Below, in pieces: positions 24,951-36,768 of a DNA stretch of 50,000 nt. How positions within the stretch are numbered: the stretch's first letter is position 1; every line of letters begins with the position of its first letter. Made by a program: the position numbers and the translations under genes. The notes under the pieces are model-generated. The model was not told where the DNA came from. It worked only from the letters and a program-made list of their open reading frames with translations, and did not search any database. This DNA is from Chiloscyllium plagiosum. Lineage: Eukaryota. Where the stretch lies: NCBI RefSeq assembly GCF_004010195.1, contig NW_025214726.1, forward strand, positions 1 through 50,000, given 5' to 3'.

Positions 24951-26589
24951 GGTTGGAAACATAGGTGTGATCTTTGAATTTGGCATTATTGTGAAGCTAT
25001 TATAGGCCTAGATCTGGGTCTTTTTATTTCAATATTATTTGCCAACTGAAGTCACATTCTCTGTTTCAGTATTGATACTTTATATGAATCCATGAATAGT
25101 GAGATATTAATTGAAAGAGTCAAGTGTTTAAACTACTCCAGTGTTCCTTTACCTTTAGAAGAAGTGTTTCTTTCACAAATATTGATGCTTCTGTTTCATC
25201 AAAAATGGAATACTATAAACACAATCTGCCCCCTGTACCACTGAAATCTGACTGCTTGAAGAGAAATTAAACATCCTGCTTTCCACTGAACACAGGCTCA
25301 CTTTAGCTAGATCATGTTTATAATCAGAACACTTCACTGGATTTTTGTAAAGTGTCAAATGCAGCTGTGTAGTTTCCCTTCCAAAATGGGTTTAGTTATG
25401 CTTCAAAAGCTTGAAACAGTTGGCTGATTGTTGCATTGTAACTCACCAACCTCAGTGGGGTGGTTTCCTGTACTGAATGGGAAGGGCATACTGATCAACA
25501 GTTTAAAGCCATGTAGTGAATAATTGCAGACTTATGCACTATCATCAACTTTTAATAACAGAATGTTGGACACAGTTCACTTCCAAATCATAACTTTCTC
25601 TTGGTTTCCTTCACTATTTCCCAAATCATTCTAGATATGTTCTCCGAAGAATTTCATTGTTACTGCTTTTTATGGATGAGTTTAATGAAAATGACATAAA
25701 AGGACAGGATGTTGTCATGATCAAAGTTGCCCGACAGCTGAGCTAAAAGAGAGATCTAATTCCATGCTAGCAGGTCTCATTGATGACATTTTGCGAGTGA
25801 CAATCAAACTGCTGGAACTGGCATCAAATTGAAGATGGCGAGATGCATCTCAGAGCTGCCAACTCAATCAGAGAACTAGCAGCAGGGCAGCCTGGGCAGT
25901 GGTGGCCATTGCTGAGGTAGCAGGCTGAAGGGGAGACCATCTCCATATAGAGTTACTATGGAAGAGGAAATGGGGTTCTTTCGGTTTACTGCTATGAGGC
26001 TGTAAAAATTTGGCCAAAGTTTCTCATTGCAATGTTCAGTCATAACACAAGAATTTTAGCTGCTACAATGCCATTTCAAGTTAAAATGGCATCGCTGCCA
26101 TGCATTTCTGATGTTACATGTGACAGCTGTCCATGGTAAGAATGTCAGTGCAGGGCAGAATGGGTGCGTAGAAGAGTATGCAGAGTTGGCACAACATGAC
26201 ATCAGTCAACATATAACACTGATTTGATGCCAATTGTCCTTTTATTGATCTGACCCTTTAGCTAATGCCCTCTCTTAACCTAGCATAATTGAACAAACTG
26301 GCAGTTATAGGATGGGCCAGTTATTCCCATCACCACCACAGCCCTACCTGTGCCTCCCCCTACAAACCAGCACTATTTCAATGCATCTGTTTCAATGAGT
26401 TATTAATAAAATGGATAAGGAACATTGATGCAGCACATGCTCAGGAGCTTAGTTCTTTCATCACAAGCCCACTAAGATCACTTGGTTGCAGATATAGTTG
26501 TTATAGTTCTGTGCCCCTTGACCTACAATATGACCGGGGAATGGCCAGATGGTGATAGAGAGAAGGACTAGCTGCTTTAAGAGGGATGA

Positions 26590-27460
26590 AGGAGAGAAGT
26601 ATTCTCAGTAGAAAGCCATTTCTGCCCAGGGTGTTCAGGCAGCAATTCTCTATCTCATTTGGGTGAGGAACATCCGTGTCTGATGCTTCTATGTCACTAA
26701 GGAGATGCTGACTGAAATCTGCAATCTGTTCCAGCCCAAACTGTAGAGTTCAAGCAGGATGTGCACAGCACTCAAACTGAATGTGACCATGGCAACAGAC
26801 ATTTATCCATCAGACTCTTTCCAGGCTGAAGCACATGCTACATCTAATCTTTCGCAGTTTGCCATCCACTGATGTGTCGGGGAGGATATGGACTCAGTCT
26901 GTAATAAAAACAGATGAATGCATTTCACCATCCAGGGAAAGAAGGTGGATTTACCACAGGCTTCTGCCCAAGGTACAGAATGTATTTACACTCATCCGTT
27001 TTTTGGCACAACATGACCTTTCTATGATGCCTGACAAATAGAAGAGATGCTATTCCGTCAACATTCAACTGGTGGAGGCAAATACGTAGTTTGCCATTCA
27101 AGTCAATGATAAGTGTCCTGACAGCAACCATGTGGCAGTTCACTGTACTGTCTCCATTTCAGCCATTTTAACAAAATAAAACCAGCATGGGTAACAGGCA
27201 CATAGTCAAAGCAGTGCTGCTACACAAAATGGCATTGAGCAGGTGATTGAAGTGTTCGGCTGCCTGATTTTTCTGAAAGAGCTGTGCAGTAACTACCAGA
27301 AGTGGATGCAGGAATTTGCCATGCACTACTGCACTGTTGCACCAGTGTGAGAATACAGCCTTTGTGCTGCAGCATATATACAATGAGCAACTGAGGAGGG
27401 GAAGAGCAGAAGAACAAATGGAGGGGATAATTTCTGAATATGCAGTCTGTGATCAGCTCA
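26590..27460 (+). pseudogene. PIF/Harbinger transposase relic (DDE_Tnp_4-like)
   Basis: Colinear decayed motifs: PRVFRQQFS, TKEMLTEICNLFQP, YPSDSFQAE..SNLSQFAIH, LPKVQNVF, KRCYSVNIQLV..QVNDKCPDSNHVA, HSQSSAATQNGIEQVI..FGCL. Many stops and frameshifts. Confidence 0.85.
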
Positions 27461-27599
27461 CCAACTGTAGTACAATAGACTGCAATTCCAATTCCACTCC
27501 AAACATTCCAAACCAACAATGTAAATCAAATATCAAAAACAATCCCATGTAAAAGTCACTTATCATCTTTGCCTGTCGCACCTTTCAAACAGTACCTCC

Positions 27600-29000
27600 C
27601 AGTCGCTGCAGCTTGGCTGGTGCAAGGTTACTGACTTTTAACATGGGAGACTGCAGATGGAGGGTGACCTCGAGTGGCTGTGGCTCTTGTTTGGCTCTGG
27701 AGAGCCTACCTCAGTCCAGGCTGCCCAACAAACAGACCACAGAAAGGGTACGGTCGGAGTGACAGCATGAATGCTTTCATCCTGAAATGAGTTTGTGTTC
27801 TGTACAGCACTGTCATTCTCCCAGAGCAATGCCTCAGCAATCCTAGCAGTGTATTTGAGAAAGCAATCACTGGCCTGCTGTGAGACCCTGCAATCCCTTT
27901 CTAACACTGGTAGCCGTGGTGACAGCATGCTCAGTTTCACGACACAAGCTTAGTTTGCATGACTTTCATCTGAGCTTCCAAGCCAGCAACCAGATATCAA
28001 GTGACTAATGGTTGTGCTGCAATGGAAATTGATGCATCAGCTATCAAATACGGCATCATGGTTGTGTTCATAGATAAGTTAATGGAGTTACCCATCAGTT
28101 CTATCCTGTGTTCTCATCATTGTGCCCAGACTTGTGCCTAATTGCTTCTGGGCACATCCATGTTTCATATTCATCATCCTTTATCTTTCTTTAACTTCTG
28201 ACTGAGCACTTTATCAGAGACTTTTGCAATAGACCTTGATCAACAGTCAGCGAGTACCTGTACCACTCATGCCCGGTGTCATATAGTTATACAGCATGGA
28301 AAAACATCCTTTGGTCCAATTCATCCATGCAACCAATTTTCCCAAACTAAACCAGTCCCATTTGCCTGCATTTGGCCCATATCCCTATAAACCTCTAGAA
28401 CCAACAAACAGTTTCAGCAGCTGAATTGTTAGCTGTAAGTGTCAGAATGAGAAATGGTGTCCCTTCTTTATTATAACGCTTTCTTGGTTGGTTCCACTAC
28501 TGTCGGTCATGTTATTCTTCTTGGATATCTGAACGGAGAAATGTACAATTATGGTGAGAGGAGAGAAGTAAAGCAAGAAATGGATGCTTAAACCACCAGC
28601 AGCTTTTGAATCATTGTGGGATGAGAGAGAAATGGTATGAACACACTGTCTTCTTCAATGAGTTCAGTAGAGCAATTGGTCTGTAGTCATGGTCATTCCA
28701 ATAATGGCAAGCATTGTTTTGTCATCAGGAATAGGATCTGTGAGCTTGCCTTTCCCTGACTGCTATTCACTAATCTTGACCACTTGTGTGAATTTATTGA
28801 ATGTTTTGCAGCATTAGATCCAGGCCCTTGATGCTAAATTCCTAACATTGACCACCCTAGCTACCTGCTCCCAGTTCCCACAGCCTTCTGAGAGTTTGTT
28901 TGGAAGGTTTCCTTCCACACTCTGGATTTATGTAATCTCTTCTCCTAGACCAAGACCTCCAGTGCAGCATCATAATATCTTAGGTACACTGTCTGCCCAT
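27600..29000 (-). pseudogene. Harbinger second gene relic (Myb/SANT-like trihelix DNA-binding protein), convergent with the transposase
   Basis: 28775-28990 on the minus strand reads DAALEVLV*E..RKPSKQTLRRLW/WEQVARVVNVRNLASRAWI*CCKTFNKFTQVVK. The extent downstream of 28775 is inferred. Confidence 0.72.
28280..28395 (-). mobile_element. CR1 3' end fragment
   Basis: gtcatatagttatacagcatggaaaaacatcctttggtccaa matches 675-800. Confidence 0.75.
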
Positions 29001-29384
29001 TTAAGAAAATCATAGAACTGCAGAAACTGAAAATCTGAACCAAAAACAGAAACTCAGCAGATCTCGCAGCATCTGCAGAGTGAAAGCAGAGATAGCGTTT
29101 CAGGTCTAGTGATCCTTCTTCAGAACTGGTTGTAGCTAGGAAAAGGTTGCCATATATATGAAAAACAAGGAGTGATGGGGCAATGCAGGAGGAGTATGGG
29201 ATAGGTAGAGATAGAGTCCAGAGAGAAAGACCACCAGTAGGCAGTCATAGACAAAGGAATGGGTAATGGTGAGCCAGGAAGAAGAGAAAAAAGCTGATAA
29301 AAGGAATCATAAGTCATATAGCCACAGAGATATACAACACCAAAACAGATCCTTTGGTCCAACTTGTCCATGCCAACCAGATAA

Positions 29385-29559
29385 GAGCTGAAAATGTGTT
29401 GCTGGAAAAGCGCAGCAGGTGAGGCAGCATCCAAGGAACAGGAGAATCGACGTTTCGGGCATAAGCCCTTCTTCAGGAATGAGGAAAGTGTGTCCAGCAG
29501 GCTAAGATAAAAGGTAGGGAGGAGGGACTTGGGGGAGGGGCGTTCGAAATGCGATAGGT
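29385..29559 (-). mobile_element. PLE family A 3' end nested in the CR1 3' UTR; hammerhead core intact at 29445-29481
   Basis: CR1 ccagata|tcctaac is interrupted; reverse complement cattc CTGAAGA A GGGC-ttat-GCCC GAAA CGTC gatt. Confidence 0.88.
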
Positions 29560-29732
29560 ATCCTAACTTAATCTAGTCCCATTTTGCCAACACTTTGCCC
29601 ATATCCCTCCAAACTCTTCATATGCATACACCCATCCAGATGCCTTTTAAATGCTGTAATTGTACCAGCCTCCACTACATCCTCTGGCAGCTCATTCCAT
29701 ACATACACCACCCTCTGCCTGAAAAAGTTGCC

Positions 29733-29797
29733 AGGGTAAAAACAATGACTGCAGATGCTGGAAACCAGATTTTGGATTGGTGGTGCTGGAAGAGCTT
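29733..29797 (-). mobile_element. 65-bp PLE tail insert nested in CR1
   Basis: 15-bp TSD cctgaaaaagttgcc/cctgaaaaatttgcc at 29718-29732 and 29798-29812; matches the tail of 16064-16274. Confidence 0.85.
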
Positions 29798-29870
29798 CCT
29801 GAAAAATTTGCCCCTTATTTCTCTTTTATATCTTTCCCCTCTCACCCTAAACTATGCCCTCTAGTTCTGG

Positions 29871-29996
29871 ACTCCCCCACCCAGGAATATACCTTGTCTA
29901 TTTATCCTATCCATGCCCCTCATGATTTTATAAACTCCCCCACCCAGGAAAAGACCTTGTCTATTTATCCTATCCATGCCCCTCATGATTTTGTAA
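29871..29996. repeat. ~62-bp tandem duplication inside CR1
   Basis: actcccc(c)acccagga..ccttgtctatttatcctatccatgcccctcatgatttt occurs twice. Confidence 0.9.
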
Positions 29997-32192
29997 ACCT
30001 CTATAATGTCACCCCTCAGCCTCTGATGCTCCAGGGAAAACAGCCCCAGCCTATTCAGCCTCTCCCTATACCTCAAACTCTCCAAACCTGGCAACATCCT
30101 TGTAAATTTTTTCTGAATCCTTTCAAGTTTCACAACATCCTCCCAATAGGAGGGAGACCAGAATTGCACACAATATTCCAAAAATGGTCTAACGAATGTC
30201 CTGTACAGCTGCAAAACTCCTGTACTCAGTGCTCTGACCAATAAAGGAAAACATACCAAATGCTTTTTCACTATCCTATCTACCTGTGACTCCACTTTCA
30301 AGGAGCTATGAACCTGCACTCCAAGATCTCTTTGTTCAGCAACACTCACTAGGACCTTACCATTAAGTGTATAAGTCCTGCCCTGATTTGCCTTTCCAAA
30401 ATGCAGCACCGCACATTTATCTAAATTAAACTCCACCTGCCCCTCCTCAGCTCATTGGCCCATCTGATCAAGGTCCCATTGTACTCTGAAATAACCTTCT
30501 TCATTGTCCACTACACTTCCAATGTTTGTGTAATCTGCAAATTTGCTATCTATGCCTCTTATGTTCACATCCAAATCATTTAAATAAATGGCAAAAAGCA
30601 GTCCACCCAGCACTGATCCTTGAGGCACACCACTGGTGACAGGCCTATAATCTGAAAAACAATTATCCTCCACCTTCCATCTTCGAGCCAGTTCTGTATC
30701 CAAATGGCAAGTTTTCCCTGTATTCCATGAGATCTAACCTTACTAACCAGTCTATCATGAGGAACCTTGTCGAATGCCTTACTTAAGTCCATATAGATCA
30801 TATCCACACTCTGTCCTCATCAATCCTCTTCGTTACTTCTTCAAAAAACTCAATCAAGTTCATGAGACATGATTTCCCATGCACAGAGCCATGTTGACTC
30901 TCCCTAATCAGTCCTTGCCTTTCCAAATGCATGTAAATCCTGACCCTCAGGATTCCCTCCAAAAGCTTGCCCACCACTAATGTCAAGCTCATTGAACTAT
31001 AGTTCTCTTGCTTTTCCTAACCACCTTTCTTAAATAGTAGCAACACGTTAGCCAATCTCCAGTCTTCCGGCACCTCACCTGTGACTATTGATGATACAAA
31101 TATCTCAGCAAGTGGCCCATATCATGACAGGGCCAGGCATGTGAGGATGGATAAAGGACATGAAAGAAAGTATCCTAGCCCTAAAATTATTGAACTCAAT
31201 ACTGAGTCCTAAAGGATGTGTGGTCCCCAAGTGGAAAATAAGATGTTGTTCTTCCATATTGCACTGAGCCTTGCTGCAGCGCTGCAGTCTGAGACAGCGT
31301 TGTTGGTCAGGGAACATGATGGTGCATTGAAGTAGCAGAGAACTGGAAGCTCAGGGTAATTTTTGTGGACAGAACATAGGTGTTCGACAAACGTCTTGGG
31401 CACACATTCATATGAAACTCTAGCACCTGCTACAGTCAAAATGCATCTGCCATTTTAGAAATGCAGACTAGCTTTAAGCAGTGCAGGCTAGCACAAATGT
31501 TAGTTATCCTTTCATAATTTTTCAAAAGCAATGGCTAAGTATTTCAATCATTTAAAAAAGCAAGAAACACAAAGATTGCCTTTTACCTGTAGGTCATGGG
31601 GTTCATGATCCATGATTATTCTATGTGTGTTTTCAGGCTTCATCAAATTTAGACACTAACTTTATAGTTTGTTTTACGAGAGTGATAGAAGCAACACTTT
31701 TCCAGGCACATTAAAATCAGGTTATGTATGTTTGAAAATGAAATTGTTTCAGTACTTAAAGTCTAATGTAGATCTTTACATTGTCTGAACATGTTCTTCA
31801 TTACATTTCTAACAATGGTCTTTCAGCACGCTCTCACTGCATGTAACTAATTGTATATTTTGGTAAACTGGGGGCTAGGAACAGTTCTTTCCATTAACAT
31901 AAGTTATCAATACCAAATTAGGAGGGTAAACTGATTATTTTCCTTGGCCCACTCCTCCATTGGTTGCTACAAAGTTTGTATTTAAGAAGGGAGGTGCAAT
32001 AATCAGTCATATCGAAAAGAAGGCAACCAAGATTTTTATGCAACAAACAAAGATCCAGTTTTATTTTTAACAGACAAAACTTATGCAAGCAATGATAATA
32101 AAAGGCTTCGACTTATACGCTCATGCGCTCATAAACGCGCACACATTACAACACTGCAAAAATAAAAATAATTCAACAGAAATTTACCTTAA

Positions 32193-32341
32193 TCAAAAAG
32201 TGTGGTGCTAGAAAAGCACAGCCAGTCAGGCAGCGTCTGAGGAGCAGGAGAATTGACGATGCTGCCTGACCGGTTGTACTTTTCCAGCACCACACTTTTT
32301 GACTCTGATTTCCAGCATCTGCAGTCCTCACTTTCTCCTCA
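32193..32341. mobile_element. PLE family A inverted insert with the centre (hammerhead) deleted
   Basis: Inverted arms plus tail; imperfect TSD aaatttaccttaa/aaatttctcttaa at 32180-32192 and 32342-32354. Confidence 0.82.
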
Positions 32342-34129
32342 AAATTTCTCTTAAATCACTTTGTCTAAGTTACAATTGACTTCAGAAAGAAAAATATTCA
32401 GATTGTTCTGATGGTAATTTGGAGCCAAATTCACTTTGCGCACAAACTATTGGCACTGATGAATCTTCCAGGATCAGTTCTGACTGGCTGACATTCCTTT
32501 TCTGAAGACAGTGGTATCAATTTTGAAATGTCCTTTAGAAACCCTCCACTTATGGAACCGAGGTCTTTCAATGAGATTCTGACATTGCAAACTTTAATGG
32601 AAAGGAATCCAGAGTAAGAGAAAACAAATTCTACTGCTCCTGAGACAAGTTATTTGAGACTCTATGTGTTCAAATCTCATATATATTTTGTTTACCAACA
32701 AACATTGGTCTTGTCACCTCCGTCTGAAAGTGTTCCAGTCTCAGCAGCTCCTTTCAAGCAGCTTCAACTTTATGAAAACAACAGCATTGCTGCTATAGCC
32801 AAGGCCTTTTGCTGAGTGAAGTGCTCTTTCCAAATGTTTCAAGACATATATAAATATGTCCAATCAATTATAAGTTAATATTTTGGATATCAGATATTCA
32901 GAATAATGTGAGAAGTTTAAATGAAGATCTTTACTTGTTTGGTGGTGTGGCATTTAATCCGATACCGTCTCCCTCTTCTAAATTGTATATTCCAATCCAT
33001 CAGAAATTGGTTGGGATTACAAAGCAACATGAAACATAGTCTGGTGTTCTATTTGCAACGTCCTGTTTCACTATAAGAACAACAATAATTTATAGTCATA
33101 AAGTGCCTGTAAGACAGTTGAATGTTAAACATAGGAAGCAAAGTTTTTGGTAGGTGCTCGGAATGGAAACCATCCAAAATGGAAGAAAAAGATGGAATAT
33201 ACTAAAGACCAAAGGAATTACAAAAACATACAAAAGATAAGAAATACTTTAGGATTTAAAAGCAAACATTGTTTTTGACACAGTCTGCCTGAGAGGGAGG
33301 GTTGCAGATGTTAATCTTGGTTCTTTATGCCATGTGACAGTATTTCCTGTCAACACTGCAGCATTGTATTATCGCTCACTGAAGGCATATGGGTCTTTTG
33401 TGGTATCCCACTTCCTACCTTAGCTAATTGCAAAAAGAGCACATTGAACCAAGGCATGTGTGGCAACATCCCTTCATCTTAACGTACCAGATATTGTAAC
33501 GCTCCACTAGATATTGTATTTATTCCAACTGCATAAGTCAGTGACAAAGCAGTTAAGAAAAACGAAGGCTGCATTCCTTTTTTTCACTGTCAGAGACTCA
33601 ACTGAAGAAATATGTTTATGTATTTCAGGAGGGGGTTGAGTTCAACTTCATCCAATCATGCACTTTAGGCTATCTACTCACAATCACTTATGGGCACTCC
33701 CTTAATAACCGCAGACTTACAGAGCAAATATGCAATTGTATAAAAAACAGCAAAGTGCTAGTTTTCATTTTCATAAAATTTGACTTATAAACCTTCCATC
33801 CACTGTACAATATTTTCTTCGCAAATCGTATAACCGTATCACAGCATCGTGTGAGCAAATAATATTTTTCAATTTCTTGAGGCACGCAGTCTGGTCAAGA
33901 TTCTACCGCATTGTAAGCAGGGATTGTGAAAACTACCCTACAGCAGGTTCAAGTGTTCGGAGTGCTCTCAATATACCACACAAATTTGTCACCCTCCCCC
34001 ACCTTTATTCTTCACTCTTGTTCCCCTATTTAGATATTTTGCCACAGATTGCATTATCCCACTCAGTTAAAGTTGAAAACAAAATAAACTGAGGATTTTT
34101 TTCAACACTAATGCTTAAAGAGATCAACC

Positions 34130-34428
34130 AATCCAATTGACATTGTTATAACTGTTCAGATATATGTGCTACAACAGATGATTACACAATGTTCAGCAGC
34201 ATTCATGACTCCTCAGATACTGAAGCAGTCCATGTTCAGTAAAACTCTGATAACATCCAGGCTTGGAATAATAACATTTGTAACATTTGTACCATGCATC
34301 TGCCTGTCAATGACCATCTCAAGAAAGAAAGAATCCATCATCTCCTGACATTCAATGGTTTTACCATTGCTGAATTCTCATTAAAATCCTGGGGACTACC
34401 ATTCAATAGAAACTAAAATGGACCAAAG
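34130..34428 (+). mobile_element. CR1/L2-group LINE (second family) fragment; its 3' end resumes at 35555-35610
   Basis: Decayed ADD-like motif (acagatgattacacaatgttcagc), ILGTTI.RN-like motif; 3' end gggcaataag..ccacatgccatgaatgaataaaa. Confidence 0.6.
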
Positions 34429-34430
34429 TT

Positions 34431-35540
34431 TAGACCAGAGTGATGCTGGAAAGGCACAGCAGGTCAGGCAGCATCCAAGGAGCAGGAAATCAATGTTTCA
34501 GGCAAAAGCCCTTCATCAGGAATGGAGGAAGGGAGCCTCCAGGGTGGGGAGATAATGGGTGTGTGTGTGTGTGTGTGTATGTGTGGGTATGTGTGTGTGT
34601 ATGTGTGTGTGTGTGTGTGCGCGTGTGCTGGGGAGAAGGTAGCAAAGAGTACAATAGGTGAATGGGGGTGGGGATGAAGGTGATAGGTCAGAGAGGAGGA
34701 TGGAGTGGATAGGTGGGAAGGGAGATTGGCCGGTAGGACGAGTCATGAGGACAGTGCTGAGCTGGAAGGTTGGAAATGGGGTAAAGTGGGGGGAGGGGAA
34801 ATGAGGAAACTGGTGAAGTTCACATTGATACCCTGGCGTTGAAGTGTTCTGAGGCGGAAGATGAGGCGTTCTTCCTCCAGGTTTTGGTGGTAAGGAGCGG
34901 CGGTGGAGGAGGCCCAGGACCTGTATGTCCTTGGCACAATGGGAAGAGGAGTTGAAATGTTGTGCCATGGGGCGGTGGGGTTGTTTAGTGTGGGTATCCC
35001 GGAGATGTTCCCTGAAGTGCTCTGCAAGGAGGCGTCCAGTCTCCCCAATGTAGAGGAGACCGCATCGGGAGGAACAGATACAACAAATGACATTGGTGGA
35101 TAAGTAGGTGAAACTTTGATGGATTTGGAAGCCTCCTTTTAGGGCCTTGGATGGAGGTGAGGGAGGAGGTGTGGGCGCAGGTTTTGCAATTCATGTGGTG
35201 GCAGAGGAGGGTTCCAGGACAGGGGTGTGTGTTGTTGGGGGGAGTGGACCTGACCAGGTAGTCACGGAGGGAACAGTCTTTGCGGAAGGCAGAAAGGGGT
35301 GGGGAGGGAAATAGATCCCTGGTAGTGGGGTCTGTTTGGAGGTGGCGAAAGTGTCGGCGGATGATGCGGTTAATGCGAAGGTTGGTAGGGTGGAAGGTGA
35401 GGACCAGGGGGGTTCTGTCCTTGTTACGGTTGGAGGGTGGGGTTTGAGGGCGGAGGTGCAGGATGTGGATGAAATGCGTTGGAGGGCATCTTCAACCACG
35501 TGGGAAGGGAAATTGCGATCTCTAAAGAAGGAGGCCATCT
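34431..35540 (-). mobile_element. Penelope-like retroelement family A, 5'-truncated: linker, GIY-YIG endonuclease and 3' end
   Basis: MASFFRDRNFPSHVVEDALQRIS, NCKTCAH, STNVICCICSSRCGLLYIGETGR (35032-35100), AQHFNSSSH, LEEERLIFRLRTLQRQGINVNF; frameshifted. CpG-decayed hammerhead at 34487-34524. Confidence 0.93.
34558..34627. repeat. (GT)n microsatellite inside the PLE 3' UTR
   Basis: About 35 imperfect GT units. Confidence 0.95.
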
Positions 35541-35984
35541 TGTCAAACGGAACTAAATATGGGCAATAAGTGACCAGTGACGTCCACATGCCATGAATGA
35601 ATAAAAGATCTTGTAGCCACTTGCCCTGAAATGGTCCCCCACTGGCACATCTACTTACCTGACTTTATTCATTAAAATTACATCCAGCAGTTCCCCCTCT
35701 CTTGTAGGACCTCCTACATGCTGCCTTAAAATACCATCCCAGAAATATTTTAAGAAATCCAATCACTCTAAACCTTTCACACTTTGTCTGCCCAGTTAAT
35801 ATTGGGGAAATTGAAATCTTCATCTGCGTGCCTGTGTTTTTCATCTTTCATGAGGCTTCTGGTTTACTTTGATGTAAGTAGACCTCTACTGGTCAGCTGT
35901 CCATTCTGGTCCCACCAGCTGAAAAGAATATCCGATGGGATCAACCTCCTGCAGTTTTTGTGGTCTGAAATTATGCTCTATGGA

Positions 35985-36715
35985 CTTCAGAGGTTAAGTT
36001 AGGAGGAGAGCTTATACAAATTCTGCCAGTTAAATCTAGAACGTAGAAGGTCAAGAGAAGATCTGGTTGAAGTCTTCAAGGTATTAACAGGAAAAGTCAG
36101 GGTAGATATAAATAATATAATAATATTTCCACTGATTGGGGATTCAAGAACTAGGGGCATAGTCTGAGAATTAGGACTAGTCTGTTCAGGAAAGATGTGA
36201 GGAAGCAAAAACAGAAGTCGCTGGAAAAGCTCAGCACTTCTGGCAGTATCTGTAAAGAGAAATCAAACTTAACATTTCGGGTCCGGTGACCCTTCCTCAG
36301 AACTGATGGTAGCTTGGAAAATGTCATTTTGCATGCAGAAGATAGGGTGGGGGCAGGGGTTGAGGAGTAATCAATAGGTATGAATAAAGCCCAAAGAGAG
36401 AAAAAAAGGGTTGGACAGACAAAGGAGTCAACAAGGATCTGCATGGGAGGGTGGAGACTGTTCATGTTAGGAAGCACTTCTACACGCAAAGGATAGTAAA
36501 TGTTTGGAACTCTTCTACAGACAACTTTGGATGCTGAATCAGTTGTTTTTTTATTGTTGTAGACAGATTCTTTTTGTTGTTAAGCAAAAGGTTTCAGTTT
36601 TTGTTTAGGGAAATGGGTCAAAGGCAGGTGTATGGAGTTAAGCCAGAGATCAGCCATGATCTCATTGAATGGCACAATAAGCTCAAAAAGCTGAATAGCT
36701 TTCTCTCCTATCTTG
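35985..36715 (+). mobile_element. CR1 3' end interrupted by a PLE
   Basis: gatctggttgaagtcttcaag, agaactaggggcatagtctgaga (TRGH), and 3' UTR gatcagccatgatctcattgaatgg. Confidence 0.85.
36208..36463 (-). mobile_element. PLE family B 3' portion
   Basis: 13-bp TSD atgtgaggaagca/atgttaggaagca at 36195-36207 and 36464-36476; hammerhead gtt CTGAGGA A GGGTC-accg-GACCC GAAA at about 36270-36305. Confidence 0.88.
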
Positions 36716-36768
36716 CTATCATAATATACCACTGGAACATTCATGCAGACCCCAGAAATCTTCAGGAT

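Larger units (their letters stand above)
29308..31109 (-). mobile_element. CR1 LINE, 5'-truncated and frameshifted
   Basis: QHGSVHGKSCLMNLIEFFEEVT, YMDLSKAFDKVPH, GVPQGSVLG, KFADYT, MEFNLDKC, LYRTFVRPFLEYCVQFWSP; same family as 672-2245. Confidence 0.95.
29011..31397 (-). mobile_element. PLE family B (GIY-YIG C-terminus plus 3' end), split by a CR1 into 29011-29307 and 31110-31397
   Basis: FVEHLCSVHKNYPELPVLCYFNAPS..MEEQHLIFHLGTTHPLGLSIEFNNF. The two halves are colinear with 14848-15204. Confidence 0.85.

Noticed and set aside
31990..33000. Possible solo LTR
   Set aside because: No second copy, PBS/PPT or TSD identifiable.
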